Source: PVC group bacterium
GTDB lineage: Bacteria > GCA-001730085 > JADFSZ01
Assembly (NCBI GenBank): GCA_022560555.1
Contig: JADFSZ010000046.1
Coordinates: forward strand, 1-10,677
Length of the DNA: 10,677 bases
Direction: 5' to 3'
In this document: one piece after another, positions 1-7,363 of the stretch
Position numbering within the stretch: the first letter of the stretch is position 1
Layout: every line of letters begins with the position of its first letter
The notes under the pieces: generated by a model
Databases searched by the model: none
Told to the model about the DNA's origin: nothing
Seen by the model: the letters and a program-made list of their open reading frames with translations, nothing else
Position numbers and translations under genes: made by a program

Positions 1-120
1 CTGGGCCCTGAGGGTGGTGATCAGGGGGGGTATGTGATCGCGACGGGACGACCCCAGGAAATTAAACAGGTACAAGCGTCTGCCACAGGAAGATATTTAA
101 AAAGGCATTTTCAAAATTAG
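1..120 (+). CDS. uvrA: Excinuclease ABC subunit A (UvrA), C-terminal fragment; the 5' part lies outside the window
   Basis: Frame +1 is open from base 1 to TAG at 118-120 and reads [39 protein letters not shown]. The pattern LGPEGG..GG.(I/V)(I/V)A.G.P.E......S.TG.YLK is the conserved extreme C-terminus of UvrA as I remember it from the E. coli and B. subtilis proteins. It is missing from the ORF track because it has no in-window start. Confidence 0.8.
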   Translation: MGPEGGDQGGYVIATGRPQEIKQVQASATGRYLKRHFQN

Positions 121-293
121 GGGAAGATAGATATACAATATACATGGCCCCAAAAAATAAACTAATGTACTAACATATTGTTACTAGTTAAGTTGTGAAT
201 CAACATTTGTTAGAATAATAAAAAAAATCTTTACTTTTAGATAGATCCCTCCCAGCCCCACCAGCTAATTCAAATTTATAGAGAATTCTCATA

Positions 294-322
294 TTGTATT
301 ATAACTATGGCTATAATATAAT
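294..322 (+). promoter_or_regulatory. Candidate sigma70-type promoter for the aroF operon (TTGTAT - 17 nt - TATAAT)
   Basis: TTGTAT at 294-299, a 17-nt spacer, then a perfect TATAAT at 317-322 (an overlapping second TATAAT lies at 312-317). The predicted transcription start is near 329, about 75 nt upstream of the aroF ATG. The region is AT-rich, so chance matches are likely, and the sigma factor consensus of this organism is unknown. Confidence 0.3.
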
Positions 323-333
323 TACGGTTTTGT

Positions 334-358
334 TCCGGAAATCCGGAAATCCTGAATT
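334..358 (+). repeat. Tandem octamer repeat TCCGGAAA TCCGGAAA TCCTGAAT in the aroF 5' leader
   Basis: Read directly: two perfect units and one degenerate 8-nt unit. Each perfect unit contains the palindrome TCCGGA, and TTCCGGAA lies at 333-340. The array is followed by GGCTCTTGAGCC (361-372), which could form a GGCU/AGCC stem with a CUUG loop. It sits between the candidate -10 and the AAGGAG RBS (392-397). Confidence 0.7.
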
Positions 359-404
359 TTGGCTCTTGAGCCTCAGCCTTTAAATATCTATAAGGAGTAC
401 GTTT

Positions 405-1421
405 ATGATTATCGTTATGAAGCCAAAGGCGTCGCAAGAACAACTGGATCACTTGATAGAGAAAATTAAATCTCTTGGCTTTTCCGTCAATATCTCCAAA
501 GGGAAAGAGCGGACTGTCATAGGTGTGATCGGAGAAGAAGATAAATTGCGCGTGCAGCCGCTCGAAGCATTTCCCGGAGTCGAAAAAGTGATGTCCGTTC
601 TCAAGCCGTACAAACTTATCTCACGGGAATTTCATCCGGAAAATGCTATTATTGACATTAATGGCGCGCGATTTGGATCCACAGATATATGCATGATTGC
701 CGGGCCCTGCTCCGTTGAAAGTTTAGAACAAATTAGAACCGTCGCGGCAGCGATTAAAAAACTGGGCGGAAAATTGATTCGCGGGGGGGCATTTAAGCCC
801 AGGACAAGTCCCTATGCCTTTCAAGGTTTGGGTGAGCAAGGTCTTAAATACTTAGCACAAATCCGTGAGGAATTCGGGCTGGCGATCGTTACGGAAGTCA
901 TGGACACGCGTGATGTTGAACTTGTCGGGAAATATGCGGATGCGTTTCAAATCGGCGCGCGTAATATGCAGAATTTTAATCTTCTGAAAGAAGTCGGTGC
1001 GACAAAAAAACCCGTGTTTTTAAAAAGAGGTTTATCCGCCACGTATAAGGAATTTCTGATGTCAGCTGAATATATTGCGTCCCGGGGGAATTTTAATGTG
1101 ATCTTGGTTGAGAGGGGCATCCGGACTTTTGAAGACTACACAAGAAATACCCTGGATATTACGGCTGTCCCTGTATTAAAACAATTTACGTACCTTCCGG
1201 TTGTTATTGATCCGAGTCATGCCGCCGGAAGACGAGAGCTGCTTGAGCCCTTATCAAAAGCGGCTGTGGCTGTTGGGGCTGATGGTTTGATGCTTGAGGT
1301 CCACCCTTGCCCTGAAGAAGCCCTCAGTGACGGACAGCAGCAAATTGTTCCTGAGAGATACAAAGAAATTCTTGAAAGCTTGCAAAGTATAGCGAACGCG
1401 GTAGGAAGAAAAATTGTATGA
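405..1421 (+). CDS. aroF: 3-deoxy-7-phosphoheptulonate (DAHP) synthase, type I-beta, with N-terminal ferredoxin-like regulatory domain (Thermotoga maritima type)
   Basis: 338-aa ORF with RBS TAAGGAG at 391-397, 7 nt before the ATG. It is near-colinear with the T. maritima DAHPS as I remember it: MI.V.KP...KGQERTVIG.IG...VLKPYKL.SREFHPE, GPCSVE, RGGA(F/Y)KPRTSPY.FQGLGE.GL, IGARN.QNF.LL, KRG, ERGIRTF, NTLD..AVP, DPSH..GRR, VE.HP.PE.ALSDG.Q. Confidence 0.93.
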   Translation: MIIVMKPKASQEQLDHLIEKIKSLGFSVNISKGKERTVIGVIGEEDKLRVQPLEAFPGVEKVMSVLKPYKLISREFHPENAIIDINGARFGSTDICMIAGPCSVESLEQIRTVAAAIKKLGGKLIRGGAFKPRTSPYAFQGLGEQGLKYLAQIREEFGLAIVTEVMDTRDVELVGKYADAFQIGARNMQNFNLLKEVGATKKPVFLKRGLSATYKEFLMSAEYIASRGNFNVILVERGIRTFEDYTRNTLDITAVPVLKQFTYLPVVIDPSHAAGRRELLEPLSKAAVAVGADGLMLEVHPCPEEALSDGQQQIVPERYKEILESLQSIANAVGRKIV

Positions 1422-2272
1422 AGTTTCATCGGATCGGCATTTATGGCTTGGGGCTTTTAGGCGCTTCTCTCGCGTTAACGATTAAGGACGTTTATAAGCC
1501 TAAAAAAATTATAGGATTCGCGCGAAAGCAAAAGGTTCTCAATCAAGCGATCGCTCAACGGTTGATTGATGAAGGGTACTTGAGTCTGGAAAATCAGGAA
1601 GCCGTTCAATCTTGTGATTTGTTGATTCTGTGTGTGCCGATTCGGTCTATCATGAGCGCCTTGAAAATATTAGAAAAGATCTGTCATAAAAATCTCGTTG
1701 TTGTAGATGTTGGAAGTACTAAGGAACAAATTGTTAAAACGGCCGATCAGGTTTTAAGGAAAAGCCCCGTCTCGTTTGTGGGGTGCCACCCCATGGCGGG
1801 TTCGGACAAGAGCGGCCTCATTCATGCTCAAAGAGACCTATTTGAAAGAGCTCTTTGCCTGGTTTGTCCCGGAAAAACCTCGCCAAAAAAGGTTACACAC
1901 GCGGTGGAAGTTTTTTGGAGAAGACTCAATTGCAGGGTGGAAATAATTAACGCAAAGGATCATGATAAAATTATCGCACGCGTTAGCCATTTTCCTCATC
2001 TGGTAAGCGCGGCTCTTGTCCAGAGTGTCAACGAATCACAGGTTAAATACGCCGGCGCGGGTTTTAAGGATATGACGCGAATTGCGGCAAGTAATACCGA
2101 GCTTTGGAAAGAAATTTTGTTTTCAAATATCCATGCTGTTAAGAAAGCTCATGAGGAATTTGATAGAAAATTAAAGTCCCTGATCGCTCTCATGGGCAAA
2201 CATGACGAAAAGAAATTTTCCAAAATAATTCATAAAGCTTCGGAACGTAGAAAAAAAATCGATAAAATGTGA
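1418..2272 (+). CDS. tyrA: Prephenate (or arogenate) dehydrogenase, TyrA family, no C-terminal ACT domain
   Basis: 284-aa ORF whose ATG (1418-1420) overlaps the aroF stop (1419-1421) as ATGA. It has an N-terminal Rossmann motif [14 protein letters not shown], the catalytic-His motif GCHPMAGS, and the helical C-terminal half [11 protein letters not shown]...GFKDMTRIA typical of TyrA. The sequence alone does not tell prephenate from arogenate specificity. Confidence 0.85.
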   Translation: MKFHRIGIYGLGLLGASLALTIKDVYKPKKIIGFARKQKVLNQAIAQRLIDEGYLSLENQEAVQSCDLLILCVPIRSIMSALKILEKICHKNLVVVDVGSTKEQIVKTADQVLRKSPVSFVGCHPMAGSDKSGLIHAQRDLFERALCLVCPGKTSPKKVTHAVEVFWRRLNCRVEIINAKDHDKIIARVSHFPHLVSAALVQSVNESQVKYAGAGFKDMTRIAASNTELWKEILFSNIHAVKKAHEEFDRKLKSLIALMGKHDEKKFSKIIHKASERRKKIDKM

Positions 2273-2276
2273 TCTT

Positions 2277-3563
2277 ATGCTAACAAGGACATGTACTATG
2301 ACAAGAGTTTGCGGCGAAATAAAAGTCCCGGGTGACAAATCGATTTCACACAGGGCCTTGATATTTGCCTCTTTGGCAGATGGGGTGTCCACGATCCGTA
2401 ATTTTCTTGCCGCAGATGATTGTTTAGCCACCATGCACGCAATGCAAGCTATGGGGGCTGATATTGCATTAAATGGAACAACTTTGACTGTCCGGGGGAT
2501 GGGGATGGGAGGCTTAAAATGTCCAACTCAAGTACTGGATGTCAGAAATTCCGGAACATCAGCACGATTGCTTTTAGGTGTTCTTGCTGCGCAAGATTTT
2601 GAAGTCCAGATCACAGGGGATGATTCTTTAAGACGTCGCCCCATGAAAAGAGTGATTGAACCACTCGAAAAAATGGGCGCAAAGTTTACAAGCTCAAGTG
2701 GTGATGTTCTTCCTGTACGTGTGCTCAGAAAAGATCGCCCCTTAGAGGGAATCCATTATCGTACACCGTTGGCCAGCGCTCAAGTAAAATCCGCCATTTT
2801 ATTGGCGGGCATGTACGCGGAGGGCTCGACATCTGTTGAAGAACCCCACGGTTCACGTGATCATACGGAAAACATGATGGCACATTTAGGCTTGCCGATC
2901 AAACGCGCGGGATTGACAACGACTATCGAGAAGGTTACTAAAATTCCTGCGTTTCAATGTGATGTGCCCGGAGATATTTCAAGCGCAGCTTTCTTTATCG
3001 TATTAGCTCTGATTGTTCCTGATTCAGAGCTTGTTTTGAAAAATGTCGGGCTGAATCCGACAAGAACGGGTTTTTTGAAGGTTCTACAACGGATGGGGGC
3101 GGATATCAAAATTTTAAATCAAAATATGGATTCATTTGAGCCGTTCGGCGACCTTCTTGTTAGATCGAGCTTTCTCACGGGTACGGACATCTTGGCTGAG
3201 GAGATTCCGTCTCTGATAGATGAAATACCTGTGCTGGCTGTTGCGGCGGCGAAAGCCGAAGGCTTGAGCCGTATTCAAGGGGCCGAAGATTTGCGCCAAA
3301 AAGAGTCTGATCGCCTTCAAGCATTAGCCTCAAATCTCAAAAATATGGGGGTAAATGTTCTTGAGAAAAAAGACGGGCTCGAGATTAAGGGACAAAAAGA
3401 TTTTTCATCCGCGCGCGTCCGGAGTTTTGGGGATCATCGCATAGCCATGGCGATGGAGATTGCCAAAAAGGCAGCTCAAAATGAAATCCAAATAGATAAC
3501 ACGGATTGTGTGAATATATCATTTCCGCAATTTTATGAACTGCTGAGGGATGTGCTTGAGTGA
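2277..3563 (+). CDS. aroA: 3-phosphoshikimate 1-carboxyvinyltransferase (EPSP synthase), class II
   Basis: 428-aa ORF with the motifs GEIKVPGDKSISHRALIFASLADG, NSGTSARLL, LRRRPM, SAQVKSAILLAG, SRDHTE, NPTRTG and FGDHRIAMA. The start is ambiguous: ATG 2277 is the longest ORF, but ATG 2298 (MTRVCGEI...) is preceded by AAGGA at 2285-2289 and may be the real start. Confidence 0.93.
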   Translation: MLTRTCTMTRVCGEIKVPGDKSISHRALIFASLADGVSTIRNFLAADDCLATMHAMQAMGADIALNGTTLTVRGMGMGGLKCPTQVLDVRNSGTSARLLLGVLAAQDFEVQITGDDSLRRRPMKRVIEPLEKMGAKFTSSSGDVLPVRVLRKDRPLEGIHYRTPLASAQVKSAILLAGMYAEGSTSVEEPHGSRDHTENMMAHLGLPIKRAGLTTTIEKVTKIPAFQCDVPGDISSAAFFIVLALIVPDSELVLKNVGLNPTRTGFLKVLQRMGADIKILNQNMDSFEPFGDLLVRSSFLTGTDILAEEIPSLIDEIPVLAVAAAKAEGLSRIQGAEDLRQKESDRLQALASNLKNMGVNVLEKKDGLEIKGQKDFSSARVRSFGDHRIAMAMEIAKKAAQNEIQIDNTDCVNISFPQFYELLRDVLE

Positions 3564-4236
3564 GAGGCAAGATAAACCGTTTATTATAACGATTGATGGG
3601 CCGGCGGGTGCCGGGAAAAGCACGCTTGCAAAGAAGTTGGCGGCCCATGTCGGAGCCATATATTTGGATACAGGATCCATGTATAGGGCGGCAACATTAA
3701 AGATTGTTGAGGAGAGGGTGGATATTCACGATGAACAAGCCGTTCATCAAGCTCTTTGTTCCACAGAAATACAGTTTGTTAAATATGATGAGATATTGAT
3801 GGACAATCGGAATGTGGAGTCATTGATTCGCTCGCGCGCGATTGACAAAACCGTTTCGCTTATTTCATCGTATTCAGATGTGCGAAAAAAAATGGTTGGA
3901 CTTCAGCGGGATTTTGCAAGAACGCATAAAACTGTAGTAGAAGGACGGGACGTTGGATCTGTTGTGTTTCCGAAAGCCGATGTTAAATTCTTCTTAACGG
4001 CTGATCTGAACGAACGAGCGGCACGCCGGCAAAAGGAGCTCAAAGAAAAGGGTGTGGAGGCGGTTTATGAAGATATTCGAAAAGAAATTCGCGAAAGAGA
4101 CCGGTTAGATGAATCACGCGAACATTCTCCTTTAAAGGTGCCGGACGGCGCCTTTGTCGTGGATACGACACATTTAGGCATTGAAGATGTTTTAAAAGCT
4201 TTGACGGGAAAAACCATAGAGGTTTTGAATCTCTAA
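3550..4236 (+). CDS. cmk: Cytidylate kinase
   Basis: 228-aa ORF with the P-loop ITIDGPAGAGKSTLAKKLA, then YLDTGSMYRA, the EGRD.G..V.P.A..K.FL.A. block and a lid region. It overlaps the aroA 3' end (stop 3561-3563). GAGGG at 3545-3549 abuts ATG 3550, so the in-frame TTG at 3556 (MSERQDKPFIITIDG) is a plausible alternative start. Confidence 0.92.
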   Translation: MCLSERQDKPFIITIDGPAGAGKSTLAKKLAAHVGAIYLDTGSMYRAATLKIVEERVDIHDEQAVHQALCSTEIQFVKYDEILMDNRNVESLIRSRAIDKTVSLISSYSDVRKKMVGLQRDFARTHKTVVEGRDVGSVVFPKADVKFFLTADLNERAARRQKELKEKGVEAVYEDIRKEIRERDRLDESREHSPLKVPDGAFVVDTTHLGIEDVLKALTGKTIEVLNL

Positions 4237-4342
4237 AGAACAAAATATTTGAGTGTGGGACTGGAGGTGAAGGGTAGAGAAGTAAATGTTTTTATATTTT
4301 ATGAACTTGCTTTTAAAAAAATGACACTAAGGAGGTTTCAAC

Positions 4343-5956
4343 ATGATTGCGGAAAGTATAAATGAGGAAACGGCGAATGACTCTCAAAATGAAAATGTTG
4401 AGAGTATGGAAAAATTATTGGCCGATAGCTTGAAGGAATTTAAAACCGGAGAGATTATCGAGGGAGCGATTATTGCTATCAGTAAAAGTGATGTGATGAT
4501 CGATATTGGATACAAATCCGAAGGCATGATAAATATTACTGAGTTTAACAATCCTGAGGAACTTAAAGTAGGACAAACCATCAAGGTGTTTCTCGAATCT
4601 ATTGAGAATCAGGAAGGGAACGTCGTTCTTTCAAAGAATAAAGCGGATAAAATTATCAGTTGGGATCGTACGATGTCGGCTTTTGAAGAGGGATCTCAGG
4701 TGAAAGGGAGGATTATTCGCAAAGTTAAAGGGGGGTTGATTGTCGACATTGGCCTTGACGCATTTTTACCGGCTTCTCAAGTGGACATCAGACCCGTGCA
4801 GGATATTGACTCTCTGATGGGGAAAATGCATGATTTTAAGATCGTTAAGATCAATCATGAGCGTAAAAATGTTGTTGTGTCCCGTAGAGAGCTTTTGGAA
4901 AAGGACCGTGAAGCCAAACGTCAGCAGCTTGTCAGTAAGATCAAAAAGGGAGATGTTCTCAAGGGACATGTAAAGAACATCACCGATTTTGGAGCCTTTA
5001 TCGATCTTGGCGGTTTGGATGGATTGCTTCATATAACGGATATGAGCTGGGGGCGTATCAGTCATCCTTCAGAAGTTGTTGCTTTGGGTGATGAAATCGA
5101 AGTTGTTGTTCTGGACTTTGATGAAGTCAAACAACGAGTGTCTCTTGGATTAAAGCAAAAATCTTCTAATCCCTGGGTACATGCCGAAGAGAAGTATCCT
5201 ATCTCTTCCCGGGTTAAAGGGAGAGTTGTGAATATTACCAATTACGGAGTTTTTGTCGAGCTGGAGGAGGGAATCGAAGGCTTGGTCCATATCTCTGAGA
5301 TGTCTTGGACAAAAAGAATCAATCATCCTTCTGAAATCCTTGGTATCGGAGACACAGTTGAAATTGTTGTCCTGAACATCAATGTTGAGGAACAAAAGAT
5401 TTCTCTGGGAATAAAACAAACAGAAGTCAATCCCTGGGAAAAAGTTCAGGAAAAATATCCTGTTGGCACGAAAATCGAAGGCCGCATTAAAAATATTACG
5501 GACTATGGTGCTTTTGTTGAGCTCGAAGAGGGCATTAACGGACTCATTCATTCAAGTGATATGAGCTGGACACGGAAAATCAGTCATCCCACAGAGGTTC
5601 TTAAAAAGGGAGATGATGTGACGGCCGTTGTTCTCAATGTCAGCCCGGAGAATAAAAAGATATCACTTGGGCTAAAGCAATTGACGGATGACCCTTGGTT
5701 GACAAGCATCCCGGAAAAGTATCGTGAAGGCGATGCCTTGACCGGAAAAATTTCAAAAATAACCGGTTTCGGATTGTTTGTTCTTCTGGATGATGAAGTT
5801 GAAGGCTTACTTCACGCGTCTGAACTCGGGTTGGAAGAGGGCAAAAAACCGGAAGATATCTATAAAGTCGGGGATGAGCTTAAAATCATTATCGCAAAGG
5901 TAGATTCTACCGAAAAGAAAATTGCCCTTTCCAGGCAACTTCCAAAATCGATGTAA
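4343..5956 (+). CDS. rpsA: 30S ribosomal protein S1 (six S1/OB domains)
   Basis: 537-aa ORF with a strong RBS AAGGAGG at 4329-4335, 7 nt before the ATG. Six repeats fit the S1 pattern G..(V/I).G.(V/I)..(I/V)...G.F(V/I).L....(G/D)(L/F)(L/V)H.S(E/D)(M/L)SW......P.......G(D)...V.V(L)..(D/N).....ISLG(L/I)KQ. The position right after cmk is the widely conserved cmk-rpsA arrangement. Confidence 0.95.
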   Translation: MIAESINEETANDSQNENVESMEKLLADSLKEFKTGEIIEGAIIAISKSDVMIDIGYKSEGMINITEFNNPEELKVGQTIKVFLESIENQEGNVVLSKNKADKIISWDRTMSAFEEGSQVKGRIIRKVKGGLIVDIGLDAFLPASQVDIRPVQDIDSLMGKMHDFKIVKINHERKNVVVSRRELLEKDREAKRQQLVSKIKKGDVLKGHVKNITDFGAFIDLGGLDGLLHITDMSWGRISHPSEVVALGDEIEVVVLDFDEVKQRVSLGLKQKSSNPWVHAEEKYPISSRVKGRVVNITNYGVFVELEEGIEGLVHISEMSWTKRINHPSEILGIGDTVEIVVLNINVEEQKISLGIKQTEVNPWEKVQEKYPVGTKIEGRIKNITDYGAFVELEEGINGLIHSSDMSWTRKISHPTEVLKKGDDVTAVVLNVSPENKKISLGLKQLTDDPWLTSIPEKYREGDALTGKISKITGFGLFVLLDDEVEGLLHASELGLEEGKKPEDIYKVGDELKIIIAKVDSTEKKIALSRQLPKSM

Positions 5957-5975
5957 GAAAAGGGGTGTGAGGATA

Positions 5976-7337
5976 TTGCGCCAGAAGACGAATCAGAAGA
6001 GTGCTTCCTTGATGGTGGGTGTATCCGGCGTCCGGGGTATTGTCGGAGAATCCCTGACTCCGGAGGTTTTAACACGATTTGCCTGCGCTTTTGGCACGTA
6101 TCTTCACCGGGGACGGGTTGTTATCGGTCGGGATACCAGATCGACCGGTACGATGGTTCAGCCTTTAGTTACTTCATGTCTTTTAGCTACGGGTTGTGTG
6201 GTTATTGACATTGGAATTTGCCCGACGCCGACCTGTCAGGTCATGGTCGAGCACCTAAAAGCGGACGGCGGCATTATTATTTCGGCCAGTCATAATCCGG
6301 TTGAATGGAACGCGCTTAAATTTTTCGGTTCTGACGGGATTTATTTAAATGCCGAAGAGGGCACATCGTTATTAAAAATTTACGATCAAGGGCCCTTGTC
6401 ATTTGCCTCTTGGGACCAAGTGCCGTCTTCAGAAGTAAATTCTCATGCGCTTGATATTCACATGGAGATGGTCTTGTCCGGGATCGACATTGAATCCATT
6501 CGAAAGAAGAAATTTAAAGTCGCGCTTGATGGGTGTAACGGAGCGGGATCTGTGATCACGCCTCGCTTATTAGAATCTTTAGGCTGTGATGTTGAGCTTC
6601 TCTGGTGTGATCCTAACGGAACATTTCCGCGTGATCCGGAGCCGATAAAGGAAAATCTGTCTGAATTAGCCTCATTTGTAAAAAGGACCCGGTCTGATAT
6701 TGGATTTGCCCAGGATGCCGACGCGGACCGTCTTGCCATGGTTTCTGAAGAAGGAGTTATTTTGGGCGAAGAATACTCTCTTGCTATGATCACCGAATGG
6801 CTCCTATCACAGACGCCTGGAAAAATTGTTGCTAATCTATCTACATCTAGAATGCTTGACGATTTAGCCAAAAAATATAAGGGTGAACTTATTAGGACCA
6901 AAGTCGGAGAAGTTAACGTAGCAAGAAAGATCCAGGAAACGCGTGCTGTGATTGGCGGTGAAGGGAACGGAGGTATTATTGATCCGAAATTCCATCTGGG
7001 ACGGGATAGTCTCGTTGGGATTGTTAGAATGCTCGAGTATATGGCTCATGAAAATACACGCGTGTCTCAATTAGCCGCTCGCCTGGAGAAATATTACATG
7101 ACAAAGCTTAAAACCAATGTGAGTCCTGACGGATACGCTAAGGTTATTGATTTTTTTCAGAAAAAATACAAAATGGAAAAAATCAGCCTGTTAGACGGCA
7201 TACGCGTTGATTGGGAAGATTCCTGGATTCATGTTCGGCCTTCCGGGACAGAGCCCATTGTGCGCGTTATCGCGGAAGCCAAAGACTCCCATCGTGTTAA
7301 TGCTCTTTGTGAAGAAGCCCTAAATATGCTTGCATAA
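5976..7337 (+). CDS. Alpha-D-phosphohexomutase family protein (phosphoglucosamine mutase / phosphomannomutase-like; probable GlmM function by context)
   Basis: The four family signatures were read from the translation: catalytic Ser loop IIISASHNPVEWNALKF, metal loop GFAQDADADRL, sugar loop GGEGNGGII, and phosphate-binding loop VRPSGTEPIVRV. An N-terminal GVSGVRGIVGE is also present. The start is uncertain. The ORF-track ATG 5922 lies inside rpsA and has no SD. TTG 5976 sits 10 nt after AAAAGGGG (5958-5965). ATG 6012 (MVGVSGVRG) is also possible. The stop at 7335-7337 is firm. Confidence 0.85.
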   Translation: MRQKTNQKSASLMVGVSGVRGIVGESLTPEVLTRFACAFGTYLHRGRVVIGRDTRSTGTMVQPLVTSCLLATGCVVIDIGICPTPTCQVMVEHLKADGGIIISASHNPVEWNALKFFGSDGIYLNAEEGTSLLKIYDQGPLSFASWDQVPSSEVNSHALDIHMEMVLSGIDIESIRKKKFKVALDGCNGAGSVITPRLLESLGCDVELLWCDPNGTFPRDPEPIKENLSELASFVKRTRSDIGFAQDADADRLAMVSEEGVILGEEYSLAMITEWLLSQTPGKIVANLSTSRMLDDLAKKYKGELIRTKVGEVNVARKIQETRAVIGGEGNGGIIDPKFHLGRDSLVGIVRMLEYMAHENTRVSQLAARLEKYYMTKLKTNVSPDGYAKVIDFFQKKYKMEKISLLDGIRVDWEDSWIHVRPSGTEPIVRVIAEAKDSHRVNALCEEALNMLA

Positions 7338-7363
7338 GAAAAACCTTTATTTTAAGGATCATT

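Noticed and set aside
121-160. GGGG...CCCC followed by an A-run after the uvrA stop, as a possible terminator
   Set aside because: The potential stem is only 4 bp with a loop of about 20 nt, and it is followed by A residues rather than T residues on the + strand. It is not a credible intrinsic terminator.
144-173. Mini-ORF MAPKNKLMY* as a possible attenuator leader peptide for the aro operon
   Set aside because: It has no run of Phe/Tyr/Trp codons, no SD, and no terminator/antiterminator hairpins downstream. It also lies upstream of the best promoter candidate.
4249-4290. Purine-rich tract GAGTGTGGGACTGGAGGTGAAGGGTAGAGAAG in the cmk-rpsA spacer as another heptamer array or regulatory RNA
   Set aside because: I could not find a consistent repeat unit or a stable stem. 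It may be part of the rpsA leader, but the sequence alone supports nothing specific.
4343-5956. Internal periodic similarity within rpsA
   Set aside because: This is explained by the six S1 protein domains. It is not a DNA repeat element or a mobile element.
5922-5975. ATG 5922 as the phosphohexomutase start (35-nt overlap with rpsA)
   Set aside because: It has no SD. The extension MPFPGNFQNRCKKRG... lies inside rpsA coding sequence and is not family-like. TTG 5976 or ATG 6012 are more plausible starts, and the choice between them remains unresolved.
7338-7363. Possible glmS ribozyme upstream of glmS
   Set aside because: The gap between the phosphohexomutase stop and the glmS ATG is only 26 nt and contains just an RBS. 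That is far too short for the ribozyme, which is well over 100 nt, and no matching core is visible in the preceding coding sequence.
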